DNA from: Thiobacillus sp.
Lineage (GTDB): Bacteria > Pseudomonadota > Gammaproteobacteria > Burkholderiales > Thiobacillaceae
Assembly (NCBI GenBank): GCA_016124745.1
Contig: WGNC01000013.1
Coordinates: 2,378-66,377 of the forward strand
DNA length: 64,000 nt
Direction of reading: 5' to 3'
The stretch's first letter is position 1, and each line of letters starts with the position of its first letter. A model generated the notes under the pieces. The model was not told the origin of the DNA. It was given only the letters and a program-made list of their open reading frames with translations, and did no database searches. The position numbers and the translations under genes were made by a program. Positions 31,620-41,533 of the stretch are shown piece by piece.

Positions 31620-32429
31620 ATGACTGTTACCATCAAAACCGGCGCAGAAATCGAAGGCATGCGCGTTGCCGGCCGGCTTGGCTCGGAAGTGCTCGATTAC
31701 ATCACGCCCTTTGTGCAGCCCGGCGTCACCACCGGCGAGCTCGACCGGCTGTGCCATGATTACATGGTGAACGTTCAGGGAACCATACCGGCGCCGCTGA
31801 ACTATGCGCCCTCCGGCCATGCCCCCTATCCGAAGTCGATCTGCACCTCGGTCAACAACCAGGTCTGCCACGGCGTCCCTGGCGACAAGGTGCTGAAGAA
31901 CGGCGATATCGTGAATCTCGACATTACGGTGATCAAGGACGGCTGGCACGGCGACACCAGCCGCATGTTCGTTGTGGGCGAGGCATCGATTCAGGCCAAG
32001 CGCCTGATCCAGGTGACCTATGAAGCGATGTGGGTCGGCATCGCCCAGGTCCGGCCGGGCGCTCGACTCGGCGATGTCGGCCATGCGATCCAGCGTTTTG
32101 CCGAATACCACGGTTACAGCGTGGTGCGTGAATTCTGCGGCCACGGCATCGGGCTCAATTTTCACGAGGACCCGCAGGTGCTGCACTACGGCAAGCCCGG
32201 CACCGGACTGGTGCTGCAAGCCGGCATGACCTTCACCATCGAACCGATGATCAATGCCGGCCGGCGTGACATCCGCCAGATGCCGGACGGTTGGACCATC
32301 GTCACCAAGGATCGCAGCCTGTCAGCGCAGTGGGAGCACACCGTGCTCGTCACCGATAGCGGATACGAAGTACTGACCGTATCGGCTGGCAGCCCGGCGA
32401 TTCCGGATCGCATCCACCAAGTCGCGTGA
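31620..32429 (+). CDS. map: Methionine aminopeptidase type I
   Basis: SICTSVN..VCHGVP, GWHGDTSR, FCGHGIG, FHEDP, FTIEPMIN, SAQWEHT. Confidence 0.97.
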   Translation: MTVTIKTGAEIEGMRVAGRLGSEVLDYITPFVQPGVTTGELDRLCHDYMVNVQGTIPAPLNYAPSGHAPYPKSICTSVNNQVCHGVPGDKVLKNGDIVNLDITVIKDGWHGDTSRMFVVGEASIQAKRLIQVTYEAMWVGIAQVRPGARLGDVGHAIQRFAEYHGYSVVREFCGHGIGLNFHEDPQVLHYGKPGTGLVLQAGMTFTIEPMINAGRRDIRQMPDGWTIVTKDRSLSAQWEHTVLVTDSGYEVLTVSAGSPAIPDRIHQVA

Positions 32430-34978
32430 GAACTCCACCCCTGGCCGACCTGCGCGAGCGTCTGAAATCCGAACGCGCCGCGCTGGCGGCAGCCTTCATT
32501 GAAAGGCCCGCTGCCTCCAGCTACCTGGGCCGCCACGCTGCCTTGGTGGACGGCGTGCTGTTCGAGCTCAGCACCCGGCTGGAATTACCGCACGATTTCT
32601 GCCTTGCTGCCGTGGGCGGATATGGGCGCGGCGAACTCTTCCCGGGCTCGGACGTGGATGTGTTGCTGCTGATGCCGTCCGAGCCCACAGCCGGGCAACA
32701 GGCCAAGCTGGAAAACTGGGTCCAGGCCTGCTGGGATGCCGGACTGGAGATCGGCCACAGCGTGCGGACCATCGAGGCCTGCCTCTCCGAGGCCGACGCC
32801 GATATCACCGTGGAAACCAACCTGCTGGAAGCGCGCTTCGTGTGGGGTGCCTCCGGCTTGTACCATGATTTCGAACGCCGCTTCCTGGCGCGGTTTGATG
32901 CCCAGCATTTTTTTGACGGCAAGCTGGCGGAACAGAAGGCGCGCCACGCGCGTTTCGACGACAGCGCCTACAAGCTCGAACCGAACTTGAAGGACAGTCC
33001 GGGCGGCCTGCGCGATCTGCATACGATTCACTGGATAGCACGGGCGTGTGGGATCACGGGCGGCTGGAATGGCTTGGCCCGTGCCGGCCTGCTGACCCAG
33101 AACGAGGCGCGCCGCATTGCACGCGAGGAGCGCGCGCTGTCTGCGCTGCGCATTCATTTGCATGTGCTGGCCGGGCGCCGCGAAGACCGGCTCGCCTTCG
33201 ACTACCAGACCGAGCTCGCAGCGCGCCTGGGACTTGCGCCCACCGCACACAAGCGGGCGGGTGAGCGCCTCATGCAGGGCTATTACCGTGCTGCCAAATT
33301 GGTCCAGCGGGCCAATGGCATTCTCGTTCAGTCACTGCGGGTCCTGCTGTTTCCGGTGACCGCACCGCCGCAACCGATCGATACCGACTTTCAGGTGCGC
33401 GCCAATCTGCTCGACGCCCGCGATCCCGGTCTGTTCGAACACCGGCCCGATGCCCTTCTGCGCGCCTTCATCGTGTACGCCCAGCATCCGTCGCTTGCCG
33501 GTTTCGAGCCCGTGACCTTGCGCGCACTTTGGCGCGGCCGCACCCGCATCGATGCCGCATTCCGGGCCAACCCCGCACATCGCGCCCTGTTCATGGATTT
33601 GCTGCGCCAGCCGGTCGGCGTCACCCGTGCGCTGCGCGAAATGCATCGCTATGGCCTGCTTGGGCGTTACATCCCGGCGTTCGGCCGCATCGTCGGACAG
33701 ATGCAGCATGACCTGTTCCACGTCTATACCGTGGACGAGCACATCCTCACCGTGCTGCGCAATCTGCGACGCCTCACCGTGCCGGCGCTGGCGCACGAAC
33801 TCCCGCTTGCCAGTCGACTGATCGCGAGCTTCGACAGGCCCGAACTGCTCTATCTGGCAGCGCTGTTTCACGATATTGCCAAGGGTCGCGGGGGCGACCA
33901 CTCCGAACTCGGTGCGGTCGACGCCAAGCGGTTCTGCCGTCAGCATGGCCTCGACGAGACGGAAAGCGAACTGGTCGCCTGGCTGGTCAGCATGCACCTC
34001 GTGATGTCGCGTACCTCGCAAAAGGAGGACATCAGCGATCCCGAGGTGATCACCGCCTTCGCCGCCAGGATCGGCAGCACGCGCCGTCTGACTGCGCTAT
34101 ATCTGCTGACCGTGGCCGACATCCGCGGCACCAGTCCCAGCGTCTGGAACGCTTGGAAGGGCAAGCTGCTGGAAGACCTCTACCATGCGGCGCGGGCGCA
34201 ACTTCTGGGCGACGACGAGGCGGTAGCCAACATTGCCACCAAGCAATCGGAAGCGCGCATCAACCTCGCCCTCTATGGCCTGCCCGGCAGCGCTGCCGAC
34301 GCGCTGTGGCAGCATCTCGACGAGCGTTACTTCATCCGCTTCGACGCCCGTGACATGGCCTGGCAGGCACGCATGCTGTGGCGCCACACCGAGAGTCCCG
34401 GCGCCATCGTGCGGGCGCGGCTCTCGCCCGCCGGCGAAGGCATCCAGGTACTGGTCTACACGCCAGACCGTCCCGATCTGTTCGCACGCATCTGCGGCTT
34501 TTTCGCGCGCATCCAGTACACCATTCTCGAAGCCAAAACCCACTCAACCCGTCATGGCTACGCGCTGGACAGTTTCCAGGTGATGGACTTGGCCAATCGC
34601 GGCATTCATTACCGGGATTTCCTGAGTTTCGTAGAACACGAACTGGCGCGCGACCTCGACCCCTCACGCCCCCTGCAGCCCACGCCACGCGGCCGACTGT
34701 CGCGCCACCAGCGCCATCATCCCTACCCGACAACCGTGCGGCTGCAAGCCGATGCCCCCGGTTACGGTCACATGCTGTCGATCACCTGCCCCGATCGGGG
34801 AGGCCTGCTATTCGATATAGCGAAAGTGCTGATGCGCCATAACGTGAGCGTCTACGCCGCCAAGATCGATACACTGGGCGAACGCGTCGAAGACACCTTC
34901 CTGATCCGGGGAGCAAGCTTGCAGACACCAGCAGGAGTCGAACCGCTGATCGCCGATGTGCGCGCGGTATTGCAGTAA
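32426..34978 (+). CDS. glnD: [Protein-PII] uridylyltransferase
   Basis: AVGGYGRGELFPGSDVD, EPNLKDSPGGLRD, HD domain (YTVDEH, FHDIAKG), ACT domains. Confidence 0.96.
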   Translation: MRTPPLADLRERLKSERAALAAAFIERPAASSYLGRHAALVDGVLFELSTRLELPHDFCLAAVGGYGRGELFPGSDVDVLLLMPSEPTAGQQAKLENWVQACWDAGLEIGHSVRTIEACLSEADADITVETNLLEARFVWGASGLYHDFERRFLARFDAQHFFDGKLAEQKARHARFDDSAYKLEPNLKDSPGGLRDLHTIHWIARACGITGGWNGLARAGLLTQNEARRIAREERALSALRIHLHVLAGRREDRLAFDYQTELAARLGLAPTAHKRAGERLMQGYYRAAKLVQRANGILVQSLRVLLFPVTAPPQPIDTDFQVRANLLDARDPGLFEHRPDALLRAFIVYAQHPSLAGFEPVTLRALWRGRTRIDAAFRANPAHRALFMDLLRQPVGVTRALREMHRYGLLGRYIPAFGRIVGQMQHDLFHVYTVDEHILTVLRNLRRLTVPALAHELPLASRLIASFDRPELLYLAALFHDIAKGRGGDHSELGAVDAKRFCRQHGLDETESELVAWLVSMHLVMSRTSQKEDISDPEVITAFAARIGSTRRLTALYLLTVADIRGTSPSVWNAWKGKLLEDLYHAARAQLLGDDEAVANIATKQSEARINLALYGLPGSAADALWQHLDERYFIRFDARDMAWQARMLWRHTESPGAIVRARLSPAGEGIQVLVYTPDRPDLFARICGFFARIQYTILEAKTHSTRHGYALDSFQVMDLANRGIHYRDFLSFVEHELARDLDPSRPLQPTPRGRLSRHQRHHPYPTTVRLQADAPGYGHMLSITCPDRGGLLFDIAKVLMRHNVSVYAAKIDTLGERVEDTFLIRGASLQTPAGVEPLIADVRAVLQ

Positions 34979-35602
34979 TCGAGCCAGTGCGCTGCACGGG
35001 CGCTGCCTCGGGCAGGTTTCAGTCAAACACTGCAGGTTCACGTCCAGCCCAAGGCGCCAGAAGCTTGTATTTCATATTCATTCCCCTCCGTAGCGGCGGT
35101 TCCTCACCCGGTTCCTGCCGTATGCATTCAAAGGCAGCAGCCTCGTCCTGAGGCTGGCGCGATGCGAACTCCGGGTTCAGAAATCCAAGGTCTCCCGGAT
35201 CCCTGCAAGAAGCCGGTCATATGGACTTTCGGACATTCCACGGCCGGATGAAGCCCGCAACCATGCAGGGAAGCCCCTGTCTGATTGGCAATCGTCAATC
35301 CAAATCGACAGCAGGACGGGACAATGGCATGGAGTGACTTTCGGTCCAGGCTTTTCCGCCCAGGCTTGATCGATTGATTTCAAGTCATGGCGAAATGGCT
35401 CGAAGTCATATCCGGACACAGGAGAAGTACCAGATTGACGCGTCTGGCCTGCGGTCGTGAAGCAGGTCAACGGGAAGCCAGAAACGGAGATTACGGGTTG
35501 CTGTTTATGGATGTGCAGGTTCGCAGGCAGCAGCCAGACGGCTTTGCGCCGTCATGCCGGCAGGAACCGGGGGCTCCGCGTGTGCGGGACGCTCAGACAA
35601 AT

Positions 35603-35839
35603 TCAGGGTACCGGGTGTGCATATTCGTCGACGTAGCGCCCGCGTGACGGCGCCTTGCGTGAAGGCGGCGATTTCCTAGGCACATTGTCGACGGGCTTCC
35701 TGATCTTCTCGTCCTGTTCGGTCTTGGTGCGGTTACGACCGCGACCGGGGCGAACCGATGTACTGACCCCCGCCGGATCGGTCAGCAGCAGGTCCAGATC
35801 CGGAATATGAAATTGCAACGGATTTTTCTGCCCGCTCAT
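35603..35839 (-). CDS. Small hypothetical protein (78 aa), translationally coupled to the FlaF-like gene
   Basis: ATGA overlap at 35836-35839; MSGQKNPLQFHIPDLDLLL...RGRYVDEYAHPVP. Confidence 0.55.
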   Translation of the reverse strand: MSGQKNPLQFHIPDLDLLLTDPAGVSTSVRPGRGRNRTKTEQDEKIRKPVDNVPRKSPPSRKAPSRGRYVDEYAHPVP

Positions 35840-36219
35840 GCTGCCACCTGCCATTCCTTGAGGCTTCCGGCAAGGGAACGGGTCAGCGCGATCAAGCTGC
35901 TCAATCCCTCGGTGCTGGGTGCAGTCTCGCATGCGGCGATTTTGCTGTCTGCATAGACTGACAGGATCAGCAGGTTATGCTGGACTTCCAGCGGCAGTTC
36001 CAGGGTGCCTTCGGCCAGTGCAGCCTGAATCCCATGCCACACGGCACGACTGTCGGCAAGCGCGGCCGTCAGATGGATATGGCGATTGGGCGAACCCCAG
36101 TATCGCTGCACCGCCATCAACTGGGCGGCAATGTCGTCAAGCTGGGTCGCCTCGGCCATCATCACGTCGGCGTGGTCAATGCGGCACTGTGCCTGCTGGA
36201 TCTGTTGTTCCGGGCTCAT
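35836..36219 (-). CDS. FlaF-like flagellar regulatory protein
   Basis: AAGGA RBS before ATG 36219; ALADSRAVWHGIQAAL...LPLEVQHNLLILSVY...LIALTRSLAGSL follows the FlaF pattern as recalled; sigma-28 promoter upstream. Confidence 0.65.
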   Translation of the reverse strand: MSPEQQIQQAQCRIDHADVMMAEATQLDDIAAQLMAVQRYWGSPNRHIHLTAALADSRAVWHGIQAALAEGTLELPLEVQHNLLILSVYADSKIAACETAPSTEGLSSLIALTRSLAGSLKEWQVAA

Positions 36220-36271
36220 TGTTATCCTTGCTGCTTGCTCCTGGACACCTCGCCCATGGATACGCTTCAAG

Positions 36272-36298
36272 TTAGCGGCGAGGACAAGGACAACTTTA
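36272..36298 (-). promoter_or_regulatory. Sigma-28 (FliA) promoter
   Basis: TAAAGTTG-N11-GCCGCTAA vs consensus TAAAGTTT-N11-GCCGATAA: one mismatch per box, exact spacing. Confidence 0.8.
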
Positions 36299-36336
36299 GG
36301 CATGCTAAATGCGTGCCCACGAGCGTTGAAATGCCG

Positions 36337-36870
36337 TCAATCGTCCTGCAGGTTCTGGCCCGGAAACAGGATTTCGGTAAAGCCAAAATGACGCAGGTCA
36401 CGGATACGCATGGGATAGAGCACGCCGTTCAGATGATCGACTTCATGCTGCACCACGCGGGCATGGAATCCCCTGACACTGCGGTCGATCGACTGACCCG
36501 TCGCATCGAAGCCCTGGTAGCGCACGCCCGCATGCCTAGGCACCAGACCGCGCATCCCTGGAACCGACAGACAGCCCTCCCAGCCTTCCTCCACTTCGTC
36601 GGACAATGGGGTCAACACCGGATTGATTAGGACCGTGAGCGGTACTGCTTCGACCTCCGGGTAACGCGGGTTGGTGTCCACCTCGAATAGCACCACCTGC
36701 AGACCGACTCCGATTTGCGGCGCCGCCAGGCCAGCCCCGTTGAGAGATCGCATGGTGTCGTGCATGTCGACAATCAATCGAGCCAGTTCGATGGACGCAA
36801 AATCCTCAACCGGATTCGCGGACACCAGCAGGCGCGGGTCGCCCATTTTCAGGACTTCGCGGATGGCCAT
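36337..36870 (-). CDS. def: Peptide deformylase
   Basis: [25 protein letters not shown]. Confidence 0.95.
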   Translation of the reverse strand: MAIREVLKMGDPRLLVSANPVEDFASIELARLIVDMHDTMRSLNGAGLAAPQIGVGLQVVLFEVDTNPRYPEVEAVPLTVLINPVLTPLSDEVEEGWEGCLSVPGMRGLVPRHAGVRYQGFDATGQSIDRSVRGFHARVVQHEVDHLNGVLYPMRIRDLRHFGFTEILFPGQNLQDD

Positions 36871-37571
36871 GGCTGCTCCAGTTGCTTCAGATCGTTTTCG
36901 TCCAGCCAGCACCATTGGCCAGGTGGCAGGGTCGCGGGCAAGGCATGGTTCCCGATGGCTTCGCGGTGCAGGCGGTCCACACGGTTACCGGTTGCGGCAA
37001 TCATGCGCCTGACCTGATGATATTTGCCCTCGCCCAGGCTCAGGCGCAGCGTGTGGCTGTCGAGAGCCTCGCATGCCAGCGCGGCGATCGGCGCGGGTTC
37101 GTCGTTGAGTTGCACACCAGTACGCAAGGCATCCAGCATGGCGCTGCTCACCGGGTCGGCGCAGGTGGCACGGTACACCTTGGCCACCCCCTTTCTGGGT
37201 GAGATCATGCGGTGGATGAACTGGCCATCATCGGAAAACAACAGCAGTCCCGTGGTGTCCTGATCGAGCCGCCCCACGCATTGCATCCCTCGCTGTATCA
37301 GGGGTGGCGGCAACAGGTCGAACACGCTGGAATGGTGGCTGGGGTGACGCGAGCACTCGTACCCGAGCGGCTTGTGCATCAGCACATAGGCCCTTTCGCG
37401 ATAAACCCAGGCAACGCCGTCGAGCGTCAGCACCAGGCCCGACGGATCGACCTCGGTTTCAGGATTGTCGCAGGGAATGCCGTTGACTTCGACTGCGCCC
37501 GACCGCACGAGCGCCACGCAACCTTTGCGCGAGCCGAATCCTTGTGATTGCAGGGCGCGAACAAGCCTCAT
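36849..37571 (-). CDS. RsuA-family pseudouridine synthase
   Basis: S4 domain, [22 protein letters not shown]. Confidence 0.9.
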   Translation of the reverse strand: MRLVRALQSQGFGSRKGCVALVRSGAVEVNGIPCDNPETEVDPSGLVLTLDGVAWVYRERAYVLMHKPLGYECSRHPSHHSSVFDLLPPPLIQRGMQCVGRLDQDTTGLLLFSDDGQFIHRMISPRKGVAKVYRATCADPVSSAMLDALRTGVQLNDEPAPIAALACEALDSHTLRLSLGEGKYHQVRRMIAATGNRVDRLHREAIGNHALPATLPPGQWCWLDENDLKQLEQPWPSAKS

Positions 37572-37592
37572 GCGACCGATTTCATTCGGCAA

Positions 37593-38354
37593 TCAGAATT
37601 CGCACAGTCCGGCGGCGTCGTGGGTAACCAGTTGTTCGAGCAGATGCCGCACCTGCAGCATGACTTCGCCCAGCACGGACTGGATCTCCTCCATCTGGAT
37701 GCCGTCCGCCGACAGCCCGCGGCCGGCAGCGTAGTTCACCACCGCACCCACGGTCGCGTAGCAAATTCCGAGCTCGCGTGCCAGGTAGGCCTCCGGCATG
37801 CCGGTCATCCCCACCATGTCGACGCCGTCGCGCTCCATGCGGTTGATTTCCGCGGCCGTTTCCAGGCGCGGCCCCTGAACTGCGCCATATACGCCGCCAT
37901 CGCGCAGGCTGATGCCGGCGCTGACTGCGGCCTGCAGCAGTGCAGCCCGCATCGCATTGCAATAGGGAAACGTAAAATCAACGTGGGTGACCGGCTTGTC
38001 GTTTCCGACAAAAAATGTCGCGGCACGGCCATGCGTATAGTCAATGATCTGATCGGGAATGATCAGCGTGCCAGGGATCATTTCGGGATGGATGCCGCCG
38101 ACCGTAGCCACCGACACCACGCGGTCGACGCCGTGATCTTTCAGTGCCCACAAGTTGGCACGGTAGTTCACCTCATGCGGCGGAATAGTATGGCCGTAGC
38201 CGTGACGTGCCAGAAAAATCACTTCCTGATCGCAGATGTGTCCGAACGTGAGCGCGCCGGATGGTTCGCCGTAAGGCGTCCGGGCTACTTTGCGATGGGT
38301 GATTTCCAGATTGGCGAGCTGGGCGAGGCCAGTGCCGCCGATGATGCCGAGCAT
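37593..38354 (-). CDS. mtnP: S-methyl-5'-thioinosine/thioadenosine phosphorylase
   Basis: GIIGGTG, FLARHG..H.IPPHEVNYRAN, GPRLETAAE, VGMTGMPEA. Confidence 0.88.
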   Translation of the reverse strand: MLGIIGGTGLAQLANLEITHRKVARTPYGEPSGALTFGHICDQEVIFLARHGYGHTIPPHEVNYRANLWALKDHGVDRVVSVATVGGIHPEMIPGTLIIPDQIIDYTHGRAATFFVGNDKPVTHVDFTFPYCNAMRAALLQAAVSAGISLRDGGVYGAVQGPRLETAAEINRMERDGVDMVGMTGMPEAYLARELGICYATVGAVVNYAAGRGLSADGIQMEEIQSVLGEVMLQVRHLLEQLVTHDAAGLCEF

Positions 38355-38355
38355 G

Positions 38356-38901
38356 TCAGTGTTCCTTCAAAGCGTAGATTGCGGGGAGATTGCGCCACAG
38401 GCCGTAAACATCCATTCCACATCCGAACACGTAGCGGTCGGGCACACTGAGCCCGATAAAATCGGCCCGGATGGGTTTCGCCAGGCCATTGGCCTTGTCC
38501 GTCAATACCGCAGACAGCACGCGCGTGGCGCCGAGCTCCAGCAGCTTTTCACGGACCGCCGCCAGCGTCTCGCCCTCGTCCAGGATATCGTCCAGCACCA
38601 GCACGCTGCGCCCGACCACATTCAGGCCAGGCAGGACCCGCCACTCGATTTCTCCGCCACTGGTCTTGCCGCGATAGCGCGTCACATGCAGATAATCGAA
38701 TTCCAGTGGAAAAGCCAGCCGCGGCAACAACTGGCCGGCAAAAACCACGGCGCCGCCCATCACCGGCAACACCAGCGGAAAATCGTTCGCCAGTTCACGG
38801 GAAATCTCACCCGCCAGCCGATCGAGCGCGAACTGCACCTGTTCGGATGATGCAATGCATTCGGCATTGTCGAGATAGTCTTGCGCTTCAGGCAGGCTCA
38901 T
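38356..38901 (-). CDS. hpt: Hypoxanthine-guanine phosphoribosyltransferase
   Basis: PRPP motif VLVLDDILDEGETL, DRYVFGCGMD; start MSLPEAQ at 38901. Confidence 0.88.
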   Translation of the reverse strand: MSLPEAQDYLDNAECIASSEQVQFALDRLAGEISRELANDFPLVLPVMGGAVVFAGQLLPRLAFPLEFDYLHVTRYRGKTSGGEIEWRVLPGLNVVGRSVLVLDDILDEGETLAAVREKLLELGATRVLSAVLTDKANGLAKPIRADFIGLSVPDRYVFGCGMDVYGLWRNLPAIYALKEH

Positions 38902-39319
38902 GGGCGACCATGGAAATGGGATCGATAAAGTCTGAAGTTTAACCCGGATGTCCGGGCCGCGACGGAGACGAGAATCGTGCTGTTGCTGCGCACCCTGCCT
39001 GAATGACGACACCTCTGCGCCCCCCAGACATGCACAGTCCGGTATCCGGCCGCCTCACATTCGGCGTGGGCCAGTCTCGATGCGGTACGATTGCGGGCGG
39101 TGGGCAAACGCTGAAGGCCGGAAATGACTGCCAACGCTGCACGGCACCCGTTAGACTGCTATAAATTTGCGGCCCCATGACCTGTCCGGGTCGTCGGTCC
39201 CGTGTGGAGAAACCAGCTTGACGAAAATGTCCGCCCCGCCCCCAGTTCTGTCTTCCCAGGTCAGTCCATGTGCGCTCGCATTCGCCTCCCCCCCCACCCT
39301 CGGACCAATCGTTTAGTCC

Positions 39320-39883
39320 ATGTCTCATCGCGTCAGCCAACCCTCAGGATCGGCGGCCATTCTGGACAGCCAGGGCTGGTTCAAACATATGCGGCACCTG
39401 CCCTCGCCCAACTGCGACCCGCGTCCCGAGGGGACAAGCATCCGCCTCATCGTGATTCACAACATCTCGCTGCCCCCGGGGATATTTGACGGGAAGGCGG
39501 TGATCGATCTCTTCACCAACCGGCTCGACTGGGACGCCCATCCTTATTATCAGGAGATACGTGGTCTTCAGGTGTCGGCACATTTTTTCATCCGGCGCGA
39601 TGGCGAGCCGATTCAGTTCGTTCCCTGCCGGTTGCGTGCCTGGCATGCCGGCGCATCCAACTGGCAGGGACAGGAACGCTGCAATGATTTTTCCATCGGC
39701 ATCGAGCTCGAAGGCGCTGACGATATACCTTTTACCGAAGCCCAGTACGACACCCTGATTCCCCTCATCCGCGCCCTCAGACTGGCTTATCCAATCGAGG
39801 CCGTCACCGGGCATTCCGACATTGCGCCTGGCCGCAAGACCGATCCGGGCCCGCACTTCGACTGGCACCGGCTGGAGGCATAA
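39320..39883 (+). CDS. ampD: 1,6-anhydro-N-acetylmuramyl-L-alanine amidase
   Basis: [47 protein letters not shown]. Confidence 0.95.
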   Translation: MSHRVSQPSGSAAILDSQGWFKHMRHLPSPNCDPRPEGTSIRLIVIHNISLPPGIFDGKAVIDLFTNRLDWDAHPYYQEIRGLQVSAHFFIRRDGEPIQFVPCRLRAWHAGASNWQGQERCNDFSIGIELEGADDIPFTEAQYDTLIPLIRALRLAYPIEAVTGHSDIAPGRKTDPGPHFDWHRLEA

Positions 39884-39951
39884 AGGATTGGATTGACGGC
39901 GTAGCAGCCACGGTAAAATGCCGGCTTTTGCCTTTCCTGATTCTTCACGCC

Positions 39952-41148
39952 ATGCGTCTCGGTACCCCGCTTTCCCCCTCCGCCACCCGCGTCATGCTGC
40001 TGGGTGCGGGCGAACTCGGCAAGGAAGTCATCATTGCCCTGCAGCGACTTGGCGTCGAGGTCATCGCGGTGGACCGCTATGCCAATGCCCCGGGTCATCA
40101 GGTGGCGCATCGCGCACATGTGATCGACATGAGCGACGGTGCTGCGCTGCATTCCCTGATCCAGCTTGAGAAACCACAACTGGTGGTACCGGAAATCGAG
40201 GCGATTGCCACGGAAACCCTGCTGGAAATAGAAGCCGCGGGGCTGGCAGAAGTCATTCCCACCGCGCGTGCCGCCAATCTCACCATGAATCGCGAGGGTA
40301 TCCGTCGGCTGGCCGCAGAAACCCTGGGGCTGCCGACTTCGCCCTACATGTTTGCCGACAGCCTGGCCGAGATGACCGCCGCAGCGGAGAAACTTGGCTA
40401 TCCGGTAATCATCAAGCCGGTGATGTCATCGTCCGGAAAAGGGCAGTCGCGGGTGGACGACGCCAGCCAGTTGCAGACCGCCTGGAACGATGCGGCCCGT
40501 GGCGGCCGGGTGGACAAGGGGCGCGTCATCGTCGAGGGGGTGATCGATTTCGATTACGAAATCACGTTGCTGACCGTACGGGCGCTCGGCGTTTCGGGCA
40601 AGGTGGAGACCCATTTCTGCGCGCCGATCGGTCACGTGCAGATGAAAGGCGATTACGTCGAGTCGTGGCAACCCCAGGCAATGTCGGGCACCGCGCTGGC
40701 GCGCGCCCAGGAGATCGCCGCCGCAGTCACCGGCAACCTCGGCGGACGCGGACTTTTTGGTGTCGAGCTGTTCGTCAGGGGTGAGGACGTCTGGTTCTCG
40801 GAAGTCAGCCCGCGTCCGCATGACACCGGCATGGTCACCCTGGCGACGCAACGGCAGAATGAATTCGAATTACACGCACGGGCGATCCTCGGCCTGCCGG
40901 TCGACGTGTCGCTGCGTGAACCCGGTGCCTCTGCCGTCATTTATGGTGGCATCGACGCGACCGGCATCGCCTTTGAGGGCGTTGCGGAAGCGCTGAATGC
41001 ACCCGGTGTAGATATCAGACTGTTCGGCAAGCCGCAAGCTTTCGTGCGCCGCCGCATGGGGGTCGCGCTCGCCACGGCTGCTACGACCGACAACGCGCGC
41101 CAGCGTGCCAAGGCGGCGGCGGCGGCAGTCAAACCCGTGAAGGCCTGA
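39952..41148 (+). CDS. purT: Formate-dependent phosphoribosylglycinamide formyltransferase
   Basis: [52 protein letters not shown]. Confidence 0.96.
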   Translation: MRLGTPLSPSATRVMLLGAGELGKEVIIALQRLGVEVIAVDRYANAPGHQVAHRAHVIDMSDGAALHSLIQLEKPQLVVPEIEAIATETLLEIEAAGLAEVIPTARAANLTMNREGIRRLAAETLGLPTSPYMFADSLAEMTAAAEKLGYPVIIKPVMSSSGKGQSRVDDASQLQTAWNDAARGGRVDKGRVIVEGVIDFDYEITLLTVRALGVSGKVETHFCAPIGHVQMKGDYVESWQPQAMSGTALARAQEIAAAVTGNLGGRGLFGVELFVRGEDVWFSEVSPRPHDTGMVTLATQRQNEFELHARAILGLPVDVSLREPGASAVIYGGIDATGIAFEGVAEALNAPGVDIRLFGKPQAFVRRRMGVALATAATTDNARQRAKAAAAAVKPVKA

Positions 41149-41151
41149 TCC

Positions 41152-41532
41152 ATGCAAACCCATTACGAACGCCTCGGTGGCAGCGAAGCGATTCGACGCC
41201 TGGTCGACCGCTTCTATGACCTTATGGACGAAGATCCGGACTACTACGGCATCCGCAAGTTGCACCCGGCTGATCTGACCGAGTCACGCAACAAACTGTT
41301 CTGGTTCCTTTCCGGCTGGACCGGTGGTCCTCCGGAATACACCGACCGTTTCGGCCATCCGTTTCTGCGGCGCCGCCACATGCCCTTTGCCATCGGTGAA
41401 CCCGAGCGCGACCAGTGGATGGGCTGCATGGCACGTGCGATGCAGGACATTGGCGTGGACGCGGATCTGCGTCAGGAAATGACCGCGGCATTCTTCAAGA
41501 CCGCCGACTTCATGCGCAACCAGCCGCAATGA
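41152..41532 (+). CDS. Group II truncated hemoglobin
   Basis: YERLGG, LVDRFYDLM, WTGGPPEY, GHPFLRRRHMPF, RDQWMGCM. Confidence 0.9.
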   Translation: MQTHYERLGGSEAIRRLVDRFYDLMDEDPDYYGIRKLHPADLTESRNKLFWFLSGWTGGPPEYTDRFGHPFLRRRHMPFAIGEPERDQWMGCMARAMQDIGVDADLRQEMTAAFFKTADFMRNQPQ

Positions 41533-41533
41533 C

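Noticed and set aside
35085-35125. GCCGCTAC as a second sigma-28 -10 box before the 18-aa ORF
   Set aside because: No TAAA -35 element at the required spacing.
35177-35470. 97-aa minus-strand ORF downstream of the sigma-28 unit
   Set aside because: TTG start without an RBS and atypical codon usage; not listed as a CDS but kept as an alternative in the finding for this region.
35538-35554. GGCGCAAAGCC on the minus strand, GEMM-like fragment
   Set aside because: Only a 6-bp hairpin; the upstream half of the aptamer is absent.
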